Shown: positions 49,990-63,971, numbered from the stretch's first letter. The stretch is DNA of 64,000 nt from Pristiophorus japonicus (GCF_044704955.1 NC_091982.1:256432001-256496000), one strand, 5' to 3'. Numbers and translations: made by a program. The notes: generated by a model not told the origin, from the sequence alone.

Positions 49990-52420
49990 GGCCCTGAAAT
50001 TACGGCCTCTCCGGGTGCGTACGATGTGCGCACACATGTGAAGAGGCCTCACAAGTTCAGGGTTTAGATGCGCGAAGCACATGTGCCTGAACCCGGCACA
50101 TGCAATCTGTTAAAATGTCTTTTGATAGATCGCAATCATCCCCGGGAAAAACACATTCGAGAGCAGATATTAGGCTATTTGTCCAACTCTTGCCCGGCGA
50201 ATGTACTTCAAAATCTTACGCCTGGTAAGGCCTGCTTTTACCAGCGGAAGAGTTTTAATAGATAGAAAAAATAAATGTTATTAATTTTATATTAAAAACC
50301 CTGTCTATGAAGGTAAGTTTATTTTTAACACTATTAAAACATTTTTTTAATTCAAAAAAATTAAATTTTTCTCTAAAACATTTAATTTAAAGCAATTTCC
50401 ATTAATTTTTTTAAAAGTGATGTTTTTTAAATTTATGTTTGTGTTTTATTTGATTTTAGGAGTATTCTACATAAGAACATAAGAAATAGGAGTAGGCCAT
50501 TTGGCCCATCGAGCTTGCTCCACCATTCAATATGATCATGGCTGATCTGATCTTGGCCTCAACTCCACTTTCCTGCCCACTCCCCATAACCCTTGACTCC
50601 TTTATCATTCAAAATCTGTCTATCTCCACCTTAAATATATTCAATGACCCAGCCTCCACAGCTCTCTGGGGATAGAGAATGCCACAGATTCACAACCCTC
50701 TGAGAGAAATAATTCCTTCTCATCTCCATTTTAAATGGGCGACCCCTTATTCTGAAACTATGCCCCCTAGTTCTAGATTCCCCCACAAGGGGAAACATCC
50801 TCTCTGCATCTACCCTGTCCAGCCCCCTCATAATCTTACAAGTTTCAATAAGATCACCTCTCATTCTTCTAAACACCAATGCGTATAGGCTCAACCTTTC
50901 TTCATAAGACAACCCCTTCATCTCAGGAATCAACCCCGTGAACATTCTCTGAACTGCCTCCAAAGCAAGTATATCCCTCCTTAAAGAAGGAGACCAAAAC
51001 TGTATGCAGTACTCCAGGTGTGGTCTCACCAATGCCCTGTACAGTTATGTGTGTCTACTGTATATGGTCCACATTTCTGAGCCATACAGGAGGGCGGGTA
51101 TCACTACAGCCCTGTAGACCATAAGCTTGGTGCCAGATTTGAGGGCCTGATCTTCGAACACTCTCTTCCTCAGGCGGCTGAAGGCTGCACTGGCGCACTG
51201 GAGGCGGTGTTGAACCTCGATGACTGCCCTTACTGATAATAGACTCCTGAGGTATGGAAAGTGGTCCATGTTGACCAAGGCCGCGCCGTGGATCAAGATC
51301 CTGCAAATCCCCTGGGAGGACAGACGCACCAACTTTAGTGTCCTCGATCAGGTCAATATCCCCAGCATCGAAGCACTGACCACACTCGACCAGCTCCGTT
51401 GGGCGGGCCACATTGTTCGCATGCCTGACACAAGACTCCCAAAGCAAGCGCTCTACTCGGAACTCCCACACGACAAGCGAGCCCCAGGTGGGCAGAGGAA
51501 ACGTTTCAAGGACACCCTCAAAGCCTCCTTGATAAAATGCAACATCCCATCGACACCTGGGAGTCCCTGGCCAAAGACCGCCCTAAGTGGAGGAAGAGCA
51601 TCCGGGAGGGCGCTGAGCACCTTGCGTCTCATCGCCGAGAGCAAGCAGAAAGCAAGCGCAGGCAGCGGAAGGAGCGTGCAGCAAATCAAGACTCCCCACC
51701 CATTCTTTCCTTCAATGACAATCTGTCCCACCTGTGACAGAGACTATAATTCCCGTATTGGACTGTTCAGTCACCCAAGAACTCACTTTTAGAGTGGAAG
51801 CAAGTCTTCCTCGATTTCGAGGGACTGCTTATGATGATGATGATGTACAATTGTAGCAGGACTTCCCTGCTTTTATACTCTATTCCCCTTGCAATAAAGG
51901 CCAACATTCCATTTGCCTTCCTGATTACTTGCTGTACCTGCATGCTACCTTTTTGTGTTTCGTGCACAAGGACCCCCAGATCCCTCTGTACCGCAGCATT
52001 TTGTAATCTTTCTCCATTGAAATAATAATTTGATTTTTTATTTTCTCTACCAAAGTGGATAACCTCACATTTTCCCACATTATACTCCTTCTGCCAAATA
52101 TTTACCCACTCATTTAGCCTATCTATATCCATTTGCAGATTATTTGTGTGTTAGTTTGCCAACCTGAAAATGACCCATTTATCCCAATGCTCATAGCTCC
52201 CGTTACTATTAATCAGAATAGTACGTTGTGATTGGCGGTCCAGGCCCATGTGATCCCAGGATGCGCAGACACTCCTGGAATACGTGAGCCTCTGCGCAGG
52301 GCTGGGGCTGTGCCTCTAGGTCTCAGAGCGCAAGTGTTCATTCCTCTTGGACCACCAAGTGCTTTCGTAAAAACAGTTTTTCGGTCGGGCTCATCCACCC
52401 ATGACCGCAATCTTTGGCCC
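49990..52420. mobile_element. Harbinger-like MITE hosting a CR1 (about 50470-52185, -), which itself hosts an RTE
   Basis: Imperfect TIRs ggccctgaaatt/aatctttggccc; flanks aat/aac; homologous to 23411-23945. Confidence 0.7.
51047..51843 (+). mobile_element. RTE LINE with an inverted 5' segment (about 51047-51294)
   Basis: Antisense DHFPYL..LLYGSEMWTIYSRH followed by sense KILQIPW..RTHF and an (ATG)n tail; TSD tgtacaRtt. Confidence 0.88.
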
Positions 52421-54168
52421 AACGTTTCAAGTTAATCAAAGTGCCTCAGAATTTAAGTATTTAATTTGTTTTCTCTTTTCAATCAATACATTTTAAAAAT
52501 CTAAAACACAAAACAAATTTAGGCTGACACTCCAATGCAGTGCGGAGGGAGCACTGCACTGTTGGAGATGCCATCTTTTGGATGAGACGTTAAACTGAGA
52601 CCTCGTCTGCTCTCTAAGGTGGACAGAAAATATCCCATGACAGTATTTCTCAGAAGAACAACGGAGTTATCCCCAGTTTTGGATGTAAAAGATCCCGTGG
52701 CACAAAACAAAAAAGGGGCGATCACACTGTTGGAAGTGTACTATAGACCCCCAAACAGTCAGAGGGAGATAGAAGAGCAAATATGTAGGCAAATTTCTGC
52801 GAAGTGAAAAAACTATAGGCAATAATAGTAGGGGATTTCAACTGCCCTAATATCTGGGATAGAAGTAGTGTGAAAGGTATAGAGAAAAAAAAGACTTGGA
52901 TTTATATAGCGCCTTTCATGACTACCGGACGTCTCAAAGCGCTTTACAGTCAATGAAGTACTTTTGGAGTGTAGTCACTGTTGTAATGTAGGAAACGCGG
53001 CAGCCAATTTGCGCACAAGCAAGCTCCCACAAACAGCAATGTGATAATGATCAGATAATCTGTTTTTGTTAGTTGATTGAGGAATAAATATTGGCCATAA
53101 CTCCCCTGCTCTTCTTCGAAATAGTGCCGTGGGATCTTTTAAGTCCACTTGAGAGAGAAGACGGGTTCTCAGTTTAACATCACATCCGAAAGACAGATAG
53201 AGGGTGCAGAATTCCTAAAATATATTCAGGAGAACTTTTTTAGCCAGTACGTAGCAAGCACAACAAGGGAGGGAGCGGTTATGGACATAGTTTCAGGGAA
53301 TGAAGCTGAGCAGGTGGAAGGTGTATATCAGTGAGAGAGGATTTTGGTGCTAGTGATCATAATTCAGTTAGATTTAGAGTAGTTATGGAAAAGGACAAAG
53401 ATAGACCCGGAATAAACGTTAGCAATTGGGGGAAAGCCAATTTTACTAAACTTAGTCAAGATGGACTGGAAACAGCTTCTGGAAGGCAAATCACTGACAG
53501 AGCAATGGGAGGCATCCAAGGAAGAGATCCTGAGGGTTCAGAGGAAGTATGTTCCTTTAAAGAAAAAGGGGGGACTAACACATCTAGAGTCCCCTGGATG
53601 TCAAGGGAAATACAGGGAAGTATAAAGAAAAAAAGGGAGGCTTATGACAGATACCGAGGACTCAATACTGCAGAAATCCTAGAAGGGTATAGAAAGTGCA
53701 GGGGTGAAATTAAAAAGGAAATTAGGAAAGCAAAGAGAGAGCATGAACAATTTTTGGCATGTAAAATCAAGGAAAACGCAAAGATGTTTTATATATACAT
53801 TAGGAGCCAGAGGATAACTAAAGAAAGAGTAGAGCCTATTAGAGACCTTAAAGGTAATCTTGTGTAGAGGCGGAAGAGGTGGGTATGGTTCTTAATGAAT
53901 ACTTTGCGTCTGTTTTCACAAAGGAGAGGGGTGATGCAGACATTGCAACCAGGGATGAGGAGTGAGAAATATTAGATGAAATAGTGATAGTGGGAGAGGA
54001 AGTATTGAGGTTTTAGCAGCTTTGAACGTGGATACATCCCCAGGCCCAGATGAAATGTATCCCAGGCTGTTGAGAATACAACAAGAGGAAATAGAAGAGG
54101 CTCTGACCAACATTTTCCAATCCTCTCTGGCCACAGGTGTGGTGCCGGAGGACTGCTAACATTGTACC

Positions 54169-54383
54169 TGTTGTTATATATGTAAACCTGTATATACTTT
54201 GTGTAGCCACCAGACGGCTCATCCCCTGGAATTCCAAGGGATCCCACAATCCCTTGGGAGCACAGGTACTTAAGGAGGCCTCACAGGCTGGAGAGGCACT
54301 CTGGAGACCTGCAATAAAAGACTACGGTCGCACTTTACTTTGAGCTCACAGTATCCAGTCAGACTCTTGATTCATACATAACA
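54169..54383 (+). mobile_element. Short solo LTR (Gypsy-like)
   Basis: TGTT..AACA inverted termini, AATAAA at about 54313, flanking GTACC duplication. Confidence 0.7.
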
Positions 54384-55745
54384 GTACCTTTGTTTAAAAA
54401 GGGATAGACCGAGTAATTATAAGCCAGTCAGCCTAACCTCGTTGGTGGGAAAATTATTGGAGAAAATTCTGAGGGACAGGATAAATCTTCATTTAGAAAG
54501 ACATGGATTAATCGGGGACAGTCAGCATGGATTTGTCAAGGTAATGTTATGTCTGACTAATTTGATTGAATTTTTTGGGAAGGTAAAAAGGAGGGTCGAT
54601 GAGGGTAGTGCATTTGAAGTAGCGTATATGGATTTTAGCAAGGCTTTTCATAAGGTCCCACATTGCAGATGAATCACAAAAGTAAAAGCCCATGGGATCC
54701 AAGGCAAAGTGGCAAGTTGGATCCAAAATTGGCCCAGAGGCAGGAAGCTAAGGGTAATGGTTGATGGGTGTTTCTGTGACTGGTAGGCTGTTTCCAGTGG
54801 AGTTCTGCAGGCTCAAAACTGGGTGCCTTGCTTTTTGTGGTGTACGTCAATGATTTAGACTTGAATGTAGGGGTTATGATTAAGAAATTTTCAAATGATA
54901 CAAAAATTAGTTATGTGGTTGATAATAAAAAAGAAAGCTGTAGACTGCAGGAAGATATCAATGAACTGGTCAGGTATGCAGAACAGTGGCAAATGGTATT
55001 CAATCCGGAGAAGTGTGAAGTAATGCATTTGGGGAGGGCTAACAAGGCAAGGGAATACACATTAAACAGTCGGGCAGAGCAGTGTAGAGGAACAAAGGGA
55101 CCTCGGAGTACATGTTCACAGATCCCTGAAGGTAGCAGGCCAGGTAGATAAGGTGGTTAAGGTGGCGTACGGAATACTTGCCTTTATTAGTCAAGGCATA
55201 GAATACAAGAGCAGGGAGTACTGGGGAGGGTAGAGGAGATTTCTGAGGATGTTGCCTGGACTGGAGAATTTTAGCTATGAGGAAAGATTGGATAGGCTGG
55301 ATTTGTTTTGGGCAAATGCATGGCAGATGCAGTATTATGTGGATAAATGTGAGGTTATCCACTTTGGGGGCAAAAACACAAAGGCAGAATATTATCTGAA
55401 TGGCGGCAGATTAGGAAAAGGGGAGCTGCAATGAGACCTGGGTGTCATGGTACATCAATCATTGAAAGTTGGCATTGCAGGTACAGCAGGAGGCAAATGG
55501 TATGTTGGCCTTCATAGCTAGGGGTTTTGAGTATAGGAGCAGGGAGGTCTTACTGCAGATGTATAGGGCCTTGGTGAGGCCTCACCTGGAATATTGTGTT
55601 CAGTTTTGGTCTCCTAATCTGAGGAAGGACGTTCTTGCTATTGAGGGAGTGCAGCGAAGGTTCACCAGATTCCCGGGATGGCTGGACTGACATATGAGGA
55701 GAGGCTGGATCGACTGGGCCTTTATTCACTGGAGTTTAGAAGGAT

Positions 55746-57052
55746 AGAAACATAGAAAATAGGTGCAGGAGTAGGCCATTCGGCCCTTCGAGCCTGCACC
55801 GCCATTCAATGAGTTCATGGCTGAACATGCAACTTCAGTACCCCATTCCTGCTTTCTCGCCATACCCCTTGATCCCCCTAGTAGTAAGGACTACATCTAA
55901 CTCTTTTTTGAATATATTTAGTGAATTGGCCTCAACAACTTTCTTAGTAGAGAATTCCACAGGTTCACCACTCTCTGGGTGAAGAAGTTTCTCCTCATCT
56001 CGGTCATAAATTGCTTACCCCTTATCCTTAGACTGTGACCCCTGGTTTTGGACTTCCCCAACATTGGGAACATTCTTCCTACATCTAACCTGAATAAACC
56101 CGTCAGAATTTTAAACGTTTCCATGAGATCCCCTCTCATACTTCTGAATTCCAGTGAATACAAGCCCAGTTGATCCAGTCTTTCTTGATATGTCAGTTCC
56201 GCCATCTCAGGAATCAGTCTGGTGAACCTTCGCTGCACTCCCTCAGTAGCAAGAATGTCCTTCCTCAAGTTAGGAGACCAAAACTGTACACAATACTCCA
56301 GGTGTGGCCTCACCAAGGCCCTGTACAACTGTAGTAACACCTCCCTGCCCCTGTACTCAAATCCCCTCGCTATGAAGGCCAACATGCCATTTGCTTTCTT
56401 AACCGCCTGCTGTACCTGTATGCCAACCTTCAATGACTGATATACCATGACACCCAGGTCTCGTTGCACCTCCCCTTTTCCTAATCTGTCACCATTCAGA
56501 TAATAGTCTGTCTCTCTGTTTTTACCACCAAAGTGGATAACCTCACATTTATCCACATTATACTTCATCTGCCATGCATTTGCCCACTCACCTAACCTAT
56601 CCAAGTCACTCTGCAGCCTCATAGCATCCTCCTCGCAGCTCACATTGCCACCCAATTTTGTGTCATCCGCAAATTTGGAGATACTATATTTAATCCCCTC
56701 GTCTAAATCATTAATGTACAATGTAAACAGCTGGGGCCCCAGCACAGAACCTTGCGGTACCCCACTAGTCACTGCCTGCCATTCTGACAAGTACCCATTT
56801 ATTCCTACTCTTTGCTTCCTGTCTGACAACCAGTTCTCAATCCACGTCAGCACACTACCCCCAATCCCATGTGCTTTAACTTTGCACATTAATCTCTTGT
56901 GTGGGACCTTGTCGAAAGCCTTCTGAAAGTCCAAATACACCACATCAACTGGTTCCTCCTTGTCCACTCTACTGGAAACATCCTCAAAAAATTCCAGAAG
57001 ATTGTCAAGCATGATTTCCCTTTCACAAATCCATGCTGACTTGGACCTATCA
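55746..57052 (-). mobile_element. CR1 family A nested antisense inside another CR1
   Basis: RT ORF; the host CR1 resumes at about 57054. Confidence 0.92.
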
Positions 57053-59294
57053 TTGAGAGCGGATCTCATAGAAACATAAAATTCTGACGGGACTGGACAG
57101 GTTAGATGCAGAATGTTCCCGATGTTGGGGAAATCCAGAACCAGGGGACACAGTCTAAGGATAAGGGGTAAGCCATTTAGGACTGAGAAGAGGAAAAAAT
57201 TCTTCACTCAGAGAGTTGTTAACCTGTGGAATTCCCTGCCGCAGAGAGTTGTTGATGCCAGTTCATTGGATATATTCAAGAGGGAGTTAGATATGGCCCT
57301 TACGGCTAACGGGATCAAGGGGTATGGAGAGAAAGCAGGAATGGGATACTGAGGTGAATGATCAGCCATGATCTTATTGAATGGTGGTGTAGGCTCGAAG
57401 GGCCGAATGGCCTACTCCTGCACCTGTTTTTTATGTTTCTATGTATTCTTTGGAACAGAGTTAAGATGTATAAATTTGAGGGGCCTAGATAGAGTGGATA
57501 GGAAGGACTACTCTTGCACCTATTTTTTATGTTTCTATGTTTTCTTTGGAACAGAGTTAAGGTGTATGAATTTTAGGGGCCTAGAAAGAGTGGATAGGAA
57601 GGACCTATTTCCCTCAGCAGAGGGATCAACAACCAGGGGGCATAGATTTAAAGTAAATGGTAGGAGGTTTAGAGGTGATTTGAGGATAATTCTTTTCACG
57701 CAGAGGGTGGTGGGAGTATGGAACTCACTGTCTGAAAGGGTGGTAGAGGCAGAAACCCTGACCACTTTAAAAAAAGTACTTGTATGTTAGGCACTTTAAG
57801 TGCATATCCAAGGCTACGGACTAAGTGCTGGAAAGTGGGATTAGGCTGGATAGCTCTTTTTCGGCTGGCACGGACATGGGTCGAAATAGCCTCCTTCAGT
57901 GCTGTAAATTTCTATGATTTCGAAGAAGAGCCAGGGAGTTATCCCCAGTGTCTTGGCCAATATTTATTCCATTATCAAAATAACAAAAAACATATCTGGT
58001 CATTATCACATTGCTGTCTGTGGGAGCTTGCTCGTGTGTAAATTGGATGCTGCGTTTGCTACATCACAACAGTGACTACACTCCAAAAGTACTTAATTGG
58101 CTGTAAAGCGTTTCGAGACATCCGGTGGTCATGAAAGGCGCTATATAAATCCAAGTCTTTTCAAAGTTGTTCACAATCACAAATTCTTAAATGCCTAGAA
58201 ATTTAGCCAAAGCTTACAGTGCCCCCAAAAGCGAAAGAGCTTGCCTTTATATAGCATCTTTAATGTAGGAAGCCATCTCAAGACACTTCACAGAAATGTA
58301 ATCAGACAAAAATGGACACAGCCAAAGGAGGAGATAACTGGAAGGAGTGACAAAGCTTGGTCAGAGTTGGGTTTTAAGGAGTGTCTTAAAGGTAAAAGTT
58401 TAAGGAGGGAATTCCAGAGCTGTGGGCTTGGACAGCTGAAGGCACAGCCGTTAATAGCAAAGGGATTTTCTGATGCACACGGGGCCAGAGTTGGAGGAAC
58501 GCAGAGTTCTTAGAGGAATGTAGGGCTGGGAAAGGTCAGAGATAGGAAGGGGTGAGGCCATGAAGGTGTTTGAACAGGAGGTTGAGAATTTTAAATTTGA
58601 GGTGCCGAGGGAACAGGAGCCAAAAAGCAGTCTGAATCTCACCCTTACGACATGTAAAGACAAGTTAGACTTAAAAGTGGAATGATATATATATATTGCC
58701 ATAACTTAAGCTGCAGTACAACAGTGGTTGACGAAGGAATTACTTGATATAAAAGGCAAACAAGTTTTACAGCAAAATCGGAGGTTATGTCCTCCTCGCC
58801 CCAAAATTACATTGTTGAATTTTGAGACATTTTGGAGCCTACTGTAGTCACTGTCATAATGTAGTACAGTTTGATGATTTTCCTCTTGGGGTGTCCAAGA
58901 TTTTGTTTTAATGGGTAATGTAGGGGGTATACCTTGGAGCCATACTAATTTGCATATATCTCATTGTTAACAGATCTTGGTGGTATGATGTAGGATTTAT
59001 TCACCAATGACGCAATATAGTATTCGCAAGAGCCCTTTTCAAATCTCCAGGCACACGAAATTCAAACAGGACAAACCACTAAATAAGAACTGGGCTTCAA
59101 GGACCCTATTGTCTTGGCTCAGAGGTTGCATAATGCCCCCAGGAGCACCCCTATCCTACACTATGATCCATCATCTCTACTTCTGAATTAAAAAAGTCAG
59201 TTCCTGATTAACCATGAAATTACTGCACAAGAGGAAACAGCGTGTCAATTAACATCCCTGCTGAATCACAGAGAAACACTCCAGAAATTAAAAC

Positions 59295-61636
59295 ATCTTA
59301 GACTGGGTGTTGTGTAATGAGAGGGGATTAATTAGCAATCTCGTTGTGCGAGTCCCCTTGGGGAAGAGTGATCATATTATGGTGGAATTCTGCATTAGGA
59401 TGGAGAATGAAACAGTTAATTCAGAGACCATGGTCCAGAACTTAAAGAAGGGTAACTTTGAAGGTATGAGGTGTGAATTGGCTAGGATAGATTGGCGAAT
59501 GATACTTAAGGGGTTGACTGTGGATGGGCAATGGCAGACATTTAGAGACCACATGGATGAACTACAACAATTGTACATTCCTGTCTGGCGTAAAAATAAA
59601 AAAGGGAAGATGGCTCAACCGTGGCTATCAAGGGAAATCAGGGATAGTATTAAAGCCAAGGAAGTGGCATACAAATTGGCCAGAAATAGCAGCGAACCCG
59701 GGGACTGGGAGAAATGTAGAACTCAGCAGAGGAGGACCATGGGTTTGATTAGGGCAGGGAAAATGGAGTACGAGAAGAAGCTTGCAGGGAACATTAAGAC
59801 GGATTGCAAAAGTTTCTATAGATATGTAAAGAGAAAAAGGTTAGTAAAGACAAACGTAGGTCCCCTGCAGTCAGAATCAGGGGAAGTCATAACGGGGAAC
59901 AAAGAAATGGCAGACCAATTGAACAAGTACTTTGGTTCGGTATTCACTAAGGAGGACACAAACAACTTTCCGGATATAAAAGGGGTCAGAGGGTCTAGTA
60001 AGGAGGAGGAACTGAGGGAAATCCTTATTAGTCGGGAAATTGATGGGATTGAAGGCCGATAAATCCCATGGGCCTGATGGACTGCATCCCAGAGTACTTA
60101 AGGAGGTGGCCTTGGAAATAGCGGATGCATTGACAGTCATTTTCCAACATTCCATTGACTCTGGATCAGTTCCTATCGAGTGGAGGGTAGCCAATGTAAC
60201 CCCACTTTTTAAAAAATGGAGAGAAAACAGGTAATTATAGACCGGTCAGCCTGACCTCAGTAGTGGGTAAAATGATGGAATCAATTATTAAGGATGTCAT
60301 AGCAGCACATTTGGAAAGAGGTGACATGATAGGTCCAAGTCAGCATGGATTTGTGAAAGGGAAATCATGCTTGACAAATCTTCTAGAATTTTTTGAGGAT
60401 GTTTCCAGTAGTGGACAAGGGAGAACCAGTTGATGTGGTATATTTGGACTTTGAGGGCTTTCGACAAGGTCCCACACAAGAGATTAATGTGCAAAGTTAA
60501 AGCACATGGGATTGGGGGTAGTGTGCTGACGTGGATTGAGAACTGGTTGTCAGACAGGAAGCAAAGAGTAGGAATAAATGGGTACTTTTCAGAATGGCAG
60601 GCAGTGACTAGTGGGATACCGCAAGGTTCTGTGCTGGGGCCTCAGCTGTTTACACTGTACATTAATGATTTAGACGAGGGAATTAAATGTCGTATCTCCA
60701 AATTTGCCGATGACACTAAGTTGGGTGGCAGTGTGAGCTGCGAGGAGGATGCTATGAGACTGCAGAGTGACTTGGATAGGTTAGGTGAGTGGGCAAATGC
60801 ATGGCAGATGAAGTATAATGTGGATAAATGTGAGGTTATCCACTTTGATGATAAAAACAGAGACAGACTATTATCTGAATGGTGACAGATTAGGAAAAGG
60901 AGGTGCAACGAGACCTGGGTGTCATGGTACATCAGTCATTGAAGGTTGGCATGCAGGTTCAGCAGGCGGTTAAGAAAGCAAATGGCATGTTGGCCTTCAT
61001 AGCGAGGGGATTTGAGTACAGGGGCAGGGAGGTGTTGCTACAGTTGTACAAGGCCTTGGTGAGGCCACATCTGGAGTATTGTGTACAGTTTTGGTCTCCT
61101 AACCTGAGGAAGGACATTCTTGCTATTGAGGGAGTGCAGCGAAGGTTCACCAGACTGATTCCTGGGATGGCGGGACTGACCTATCAAGAAAGACTGGATC
61201 AACTGGGCTTGTATTCACTGGAGTTCAGAAGTATGAGAGGGGACCTCATAGAAACGTTTAAAATTCTGACAGGTTTAGACAGGTTGGATGCAGGAAGAAT
61301 GTTCCCAATGTTGGGGAAGTCCAGAACCAGGGGTCACAGTCTAAGGATAAGGGGTAAGCCATTTAGGACCGAGATGAGGAGAAACTTCTTCACCCAGAGA
61401 GTGGTGAACCTGTGGAATTCTCTACCACAGAAAGTAGTTGAGGCCAATTCACTAAATATATTCAAAAGGGAGTTAGATGAGGTCCTTACTACTAGGGGGA
61501 TCAAGGGGTATGGCGAGAAAGCAGGAAGGGGGTACTGAATTTGCATGTTCAGCCATGAACTCATTGAATGGCGGTGCAGGCTAGAAGGGCCGAATGGCCT
61601 ACTCCTGCACCTATTTTCTAGGTTTCTATGTTTCTA
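59295..61636 (+). mobile_element. CR1 family A, 5'-truncated and frameshifted
   Basis: ORFs 59307-60062, 60430-60885 and 60903-61538; TTTCTATG tail. Confidence 0.95.
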
Positions 61637-62543
61637 GAACTCAGCTTGAATTCTTATGGGCCAAAAAGTTTCCAGAATTCCCTCATTAGAAAAAAAAATC
61701 TTTAGTCCATCATCTTTAATCATATTATAATAACGTTCAGTGATGGTTTTAACTTAAATTAACTTATTCATTCTCAGGATGTGGGCATCACTGAACAAGG
61801 CCTGTATTTATTAATCAGCCCTAGTTGTCCAGAGATGGTAATGGGCCTTCAACTGGGTGGCTTGCTAGGCTACTTCAGAGGGCAGTTGAGTCAATCGTTT
61901 CAATCATTGGTGTGGGAGTGGAGCTTCACATGTAACTTGCATTTATATAGCACCTTTAGCTCAGTAAAACATCCCAAGGTGCTTCACAGGAGCGGTATCA
62001 AATAAAATGACATCGAGCCACGAGATATTAGGACAGGTGACCAAAAGCTTAGTCAAATATGTAGGAGCATCTTAAAATAAAGTGTGTTAGAAAGGCAGAG
62101 GTTTAGGGAGGGAGGTTTAGGGAGGGAACGCCAAATCATAGGGCCTAGGTATCGAGGGTACGGCCACCAATGGTGGAGCGATGAAAATCAGGGCTGTGCA
62201 GGAGGCCAGAATTGGAGGAGTGAAGTGATCTTAGAGGGGGTAGGAGGTTAGAGATAAGACAAATTGGGTAAAGACGGCATGTTTCTCTCTCTAAAGAACA
62301 TTAGTGAACTAGTTTGGCTTTTACAACAAAAGGCAGATTCATGATGACCTTTGATGGTACAAAAATCTGAATTCAAATTCTCAAACTGCCATTGTGGTAT
62401 TTGAATTCACCTTCTCTGGATTACCAGTCCAGTCACTCAGTCCTCTCCTCTTCCTGGACCAATCAACAAGACAATATTAATTTAAAAAAAAGTGTGTCAC
62501 ATACACTGGGTGTGAAAAAAACTCCACCATATTCAGATTTCAT

Positions 62544-62549
62544 TTTATT
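62544..62549 (-). terminator. Candidate MFF polyadenylation signal
   Basis: AATAAA on the minus strand at the end of about 1.3 kb of AT-rich sequence with no recognisable repeats downstream of the stop codon. Confidence 0.5.
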
Positions 62550-63839
62550 TACTGCCACATTGTATTATAGTCAACTGTATTTATATACACGGTTGTAATT
62601 CTGATAATCTTGCGCAAGCTTGCTCACGTAAAAGGTACAATAGAAAAAAAGATTGCCACATTTAAAAGATTTACACAGCGTAAACCTACAAGTACTTCAA
62701 AGTTATATTTGCATTCAGTGCTTATGCAGTAAATGTCTTCAACACAAAGTTGAGATTTAAATTTGTACATCTGCAGGCCAAGGGGAAAAATAGGTGATAC
62801 ACTAAAAGATACATCAATTAGTTGAAATCTTTACACTGTAAACACTTGTCTGATCCAAAAGTTAATGGAATACTTTAGGCCAAGGCTGTACAATGACCGT
62901 TTACTTTCAGCATTCATGGTAAACATATCCCCCCACATATTTACAAAACATTTTTTAGGAATTTTACTGCACAGTAGTACTAATAGAACAGACACATTCA
63001 CATAGTTTCCAAGGCTGGGCGTTCAAATGAAATACCGGGGGCTCATCCTCAGCTTCCAGCACCCCATGCGACTAATTGCTTTCAGTGGAGCACAGGAATG
63101 CTGCGAGCTAACGGTAAACATACTAAGATTTCAGTGCCCAACTAAATATGTGGCACAATCTGCCTGTCCCCATCAGAAGGCCACTTTGCTTGGCAGAAAT
63201 TAAAAATTAGTCATGAAAGGGGGATACGTTTTTGATGCACACTCAAAAGGAGACCGCTTTTTTTTTTATTGCCTTATCCCACAGTATTCCTTTCAAACTC
63301 ATTGCAAGAACAGAAAACACAAGGATCCATAAACCAGAAATTCATCTTCATGTGTCAACAGAATACAAGCACAATATGTTCTATGTACATCACTTCACAT
63401 AAAACCCCTGAAAAATCTTTTAAATGTAACCCTTCCGATCAATAAAATCATAAATTCAAAAAAGCAGTTCGATAGCTTTATTCTGTTCCATGGTGCTCTC
63501 TCCACTGGTCCTATAGTCACTTGCACATCAGGTTTAATGATATTTTTTTGAAAGTCCTGAAAGCTACACATTCCCTAATCACAGACATGCAAAATGAGCC
63601 AATAAATGTTTTATGACGTGACATAATAATAAATATGTTTAAGTGAAGCAACAAAAGACCCCTTTGACCCATGATTCCTTTTTCTGTGTTGTATGGAGTG
63701 AGCAATCAGTGCGTGGACCTCGAGAAAGTCTGTATGGTACAGAAGAGGCAAAAACAATCTCTGGCCCATCATGTCACCAGCTGTTTTTGAAAAGACCTGT
63801 TGTTTGGTTAGTACATGATCTGGTTCATACAATGCCTAC

Positions 63840-63971
63840 TCAGCGCCGTAACCAAAGCCAGCTATTGATCAACCAGAACCCCACGGTGATTGAGTACATG
63901 ATGATTTCACGTCGCGTGCGTTCTCGGTTTTCTTCCTCCAAAAGCTGGAGTCGACGGTTCAGTTTAATTAT
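63840..63971 (-). CDS. MFF: Mitochondrial fission factor, last coding exon
   Basis: IIKLNRRLQLLEEENRERTRREIIMYSITVGFWLINSWLWLRR* (coiled coil plus tail anchor); AG acceptor at 63972-63973. Not in the supplied ORF track. Confidence 0.96.
   Translation of the reverse strand: MIKLNRRLQLLEEENRERTRREIIMYSITVGFWLINSWLWLRR

Larger units (their letters stand above)
52690..57920 (+). mobile_element. Old CR1 with a nested SINE (about 52885-53195), a solo LTR and a younger CR1 (about 55308-57445)
   Basis: Colinear CR1 ORF2 fragments resume after each insertion. Confidence 0.85.
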
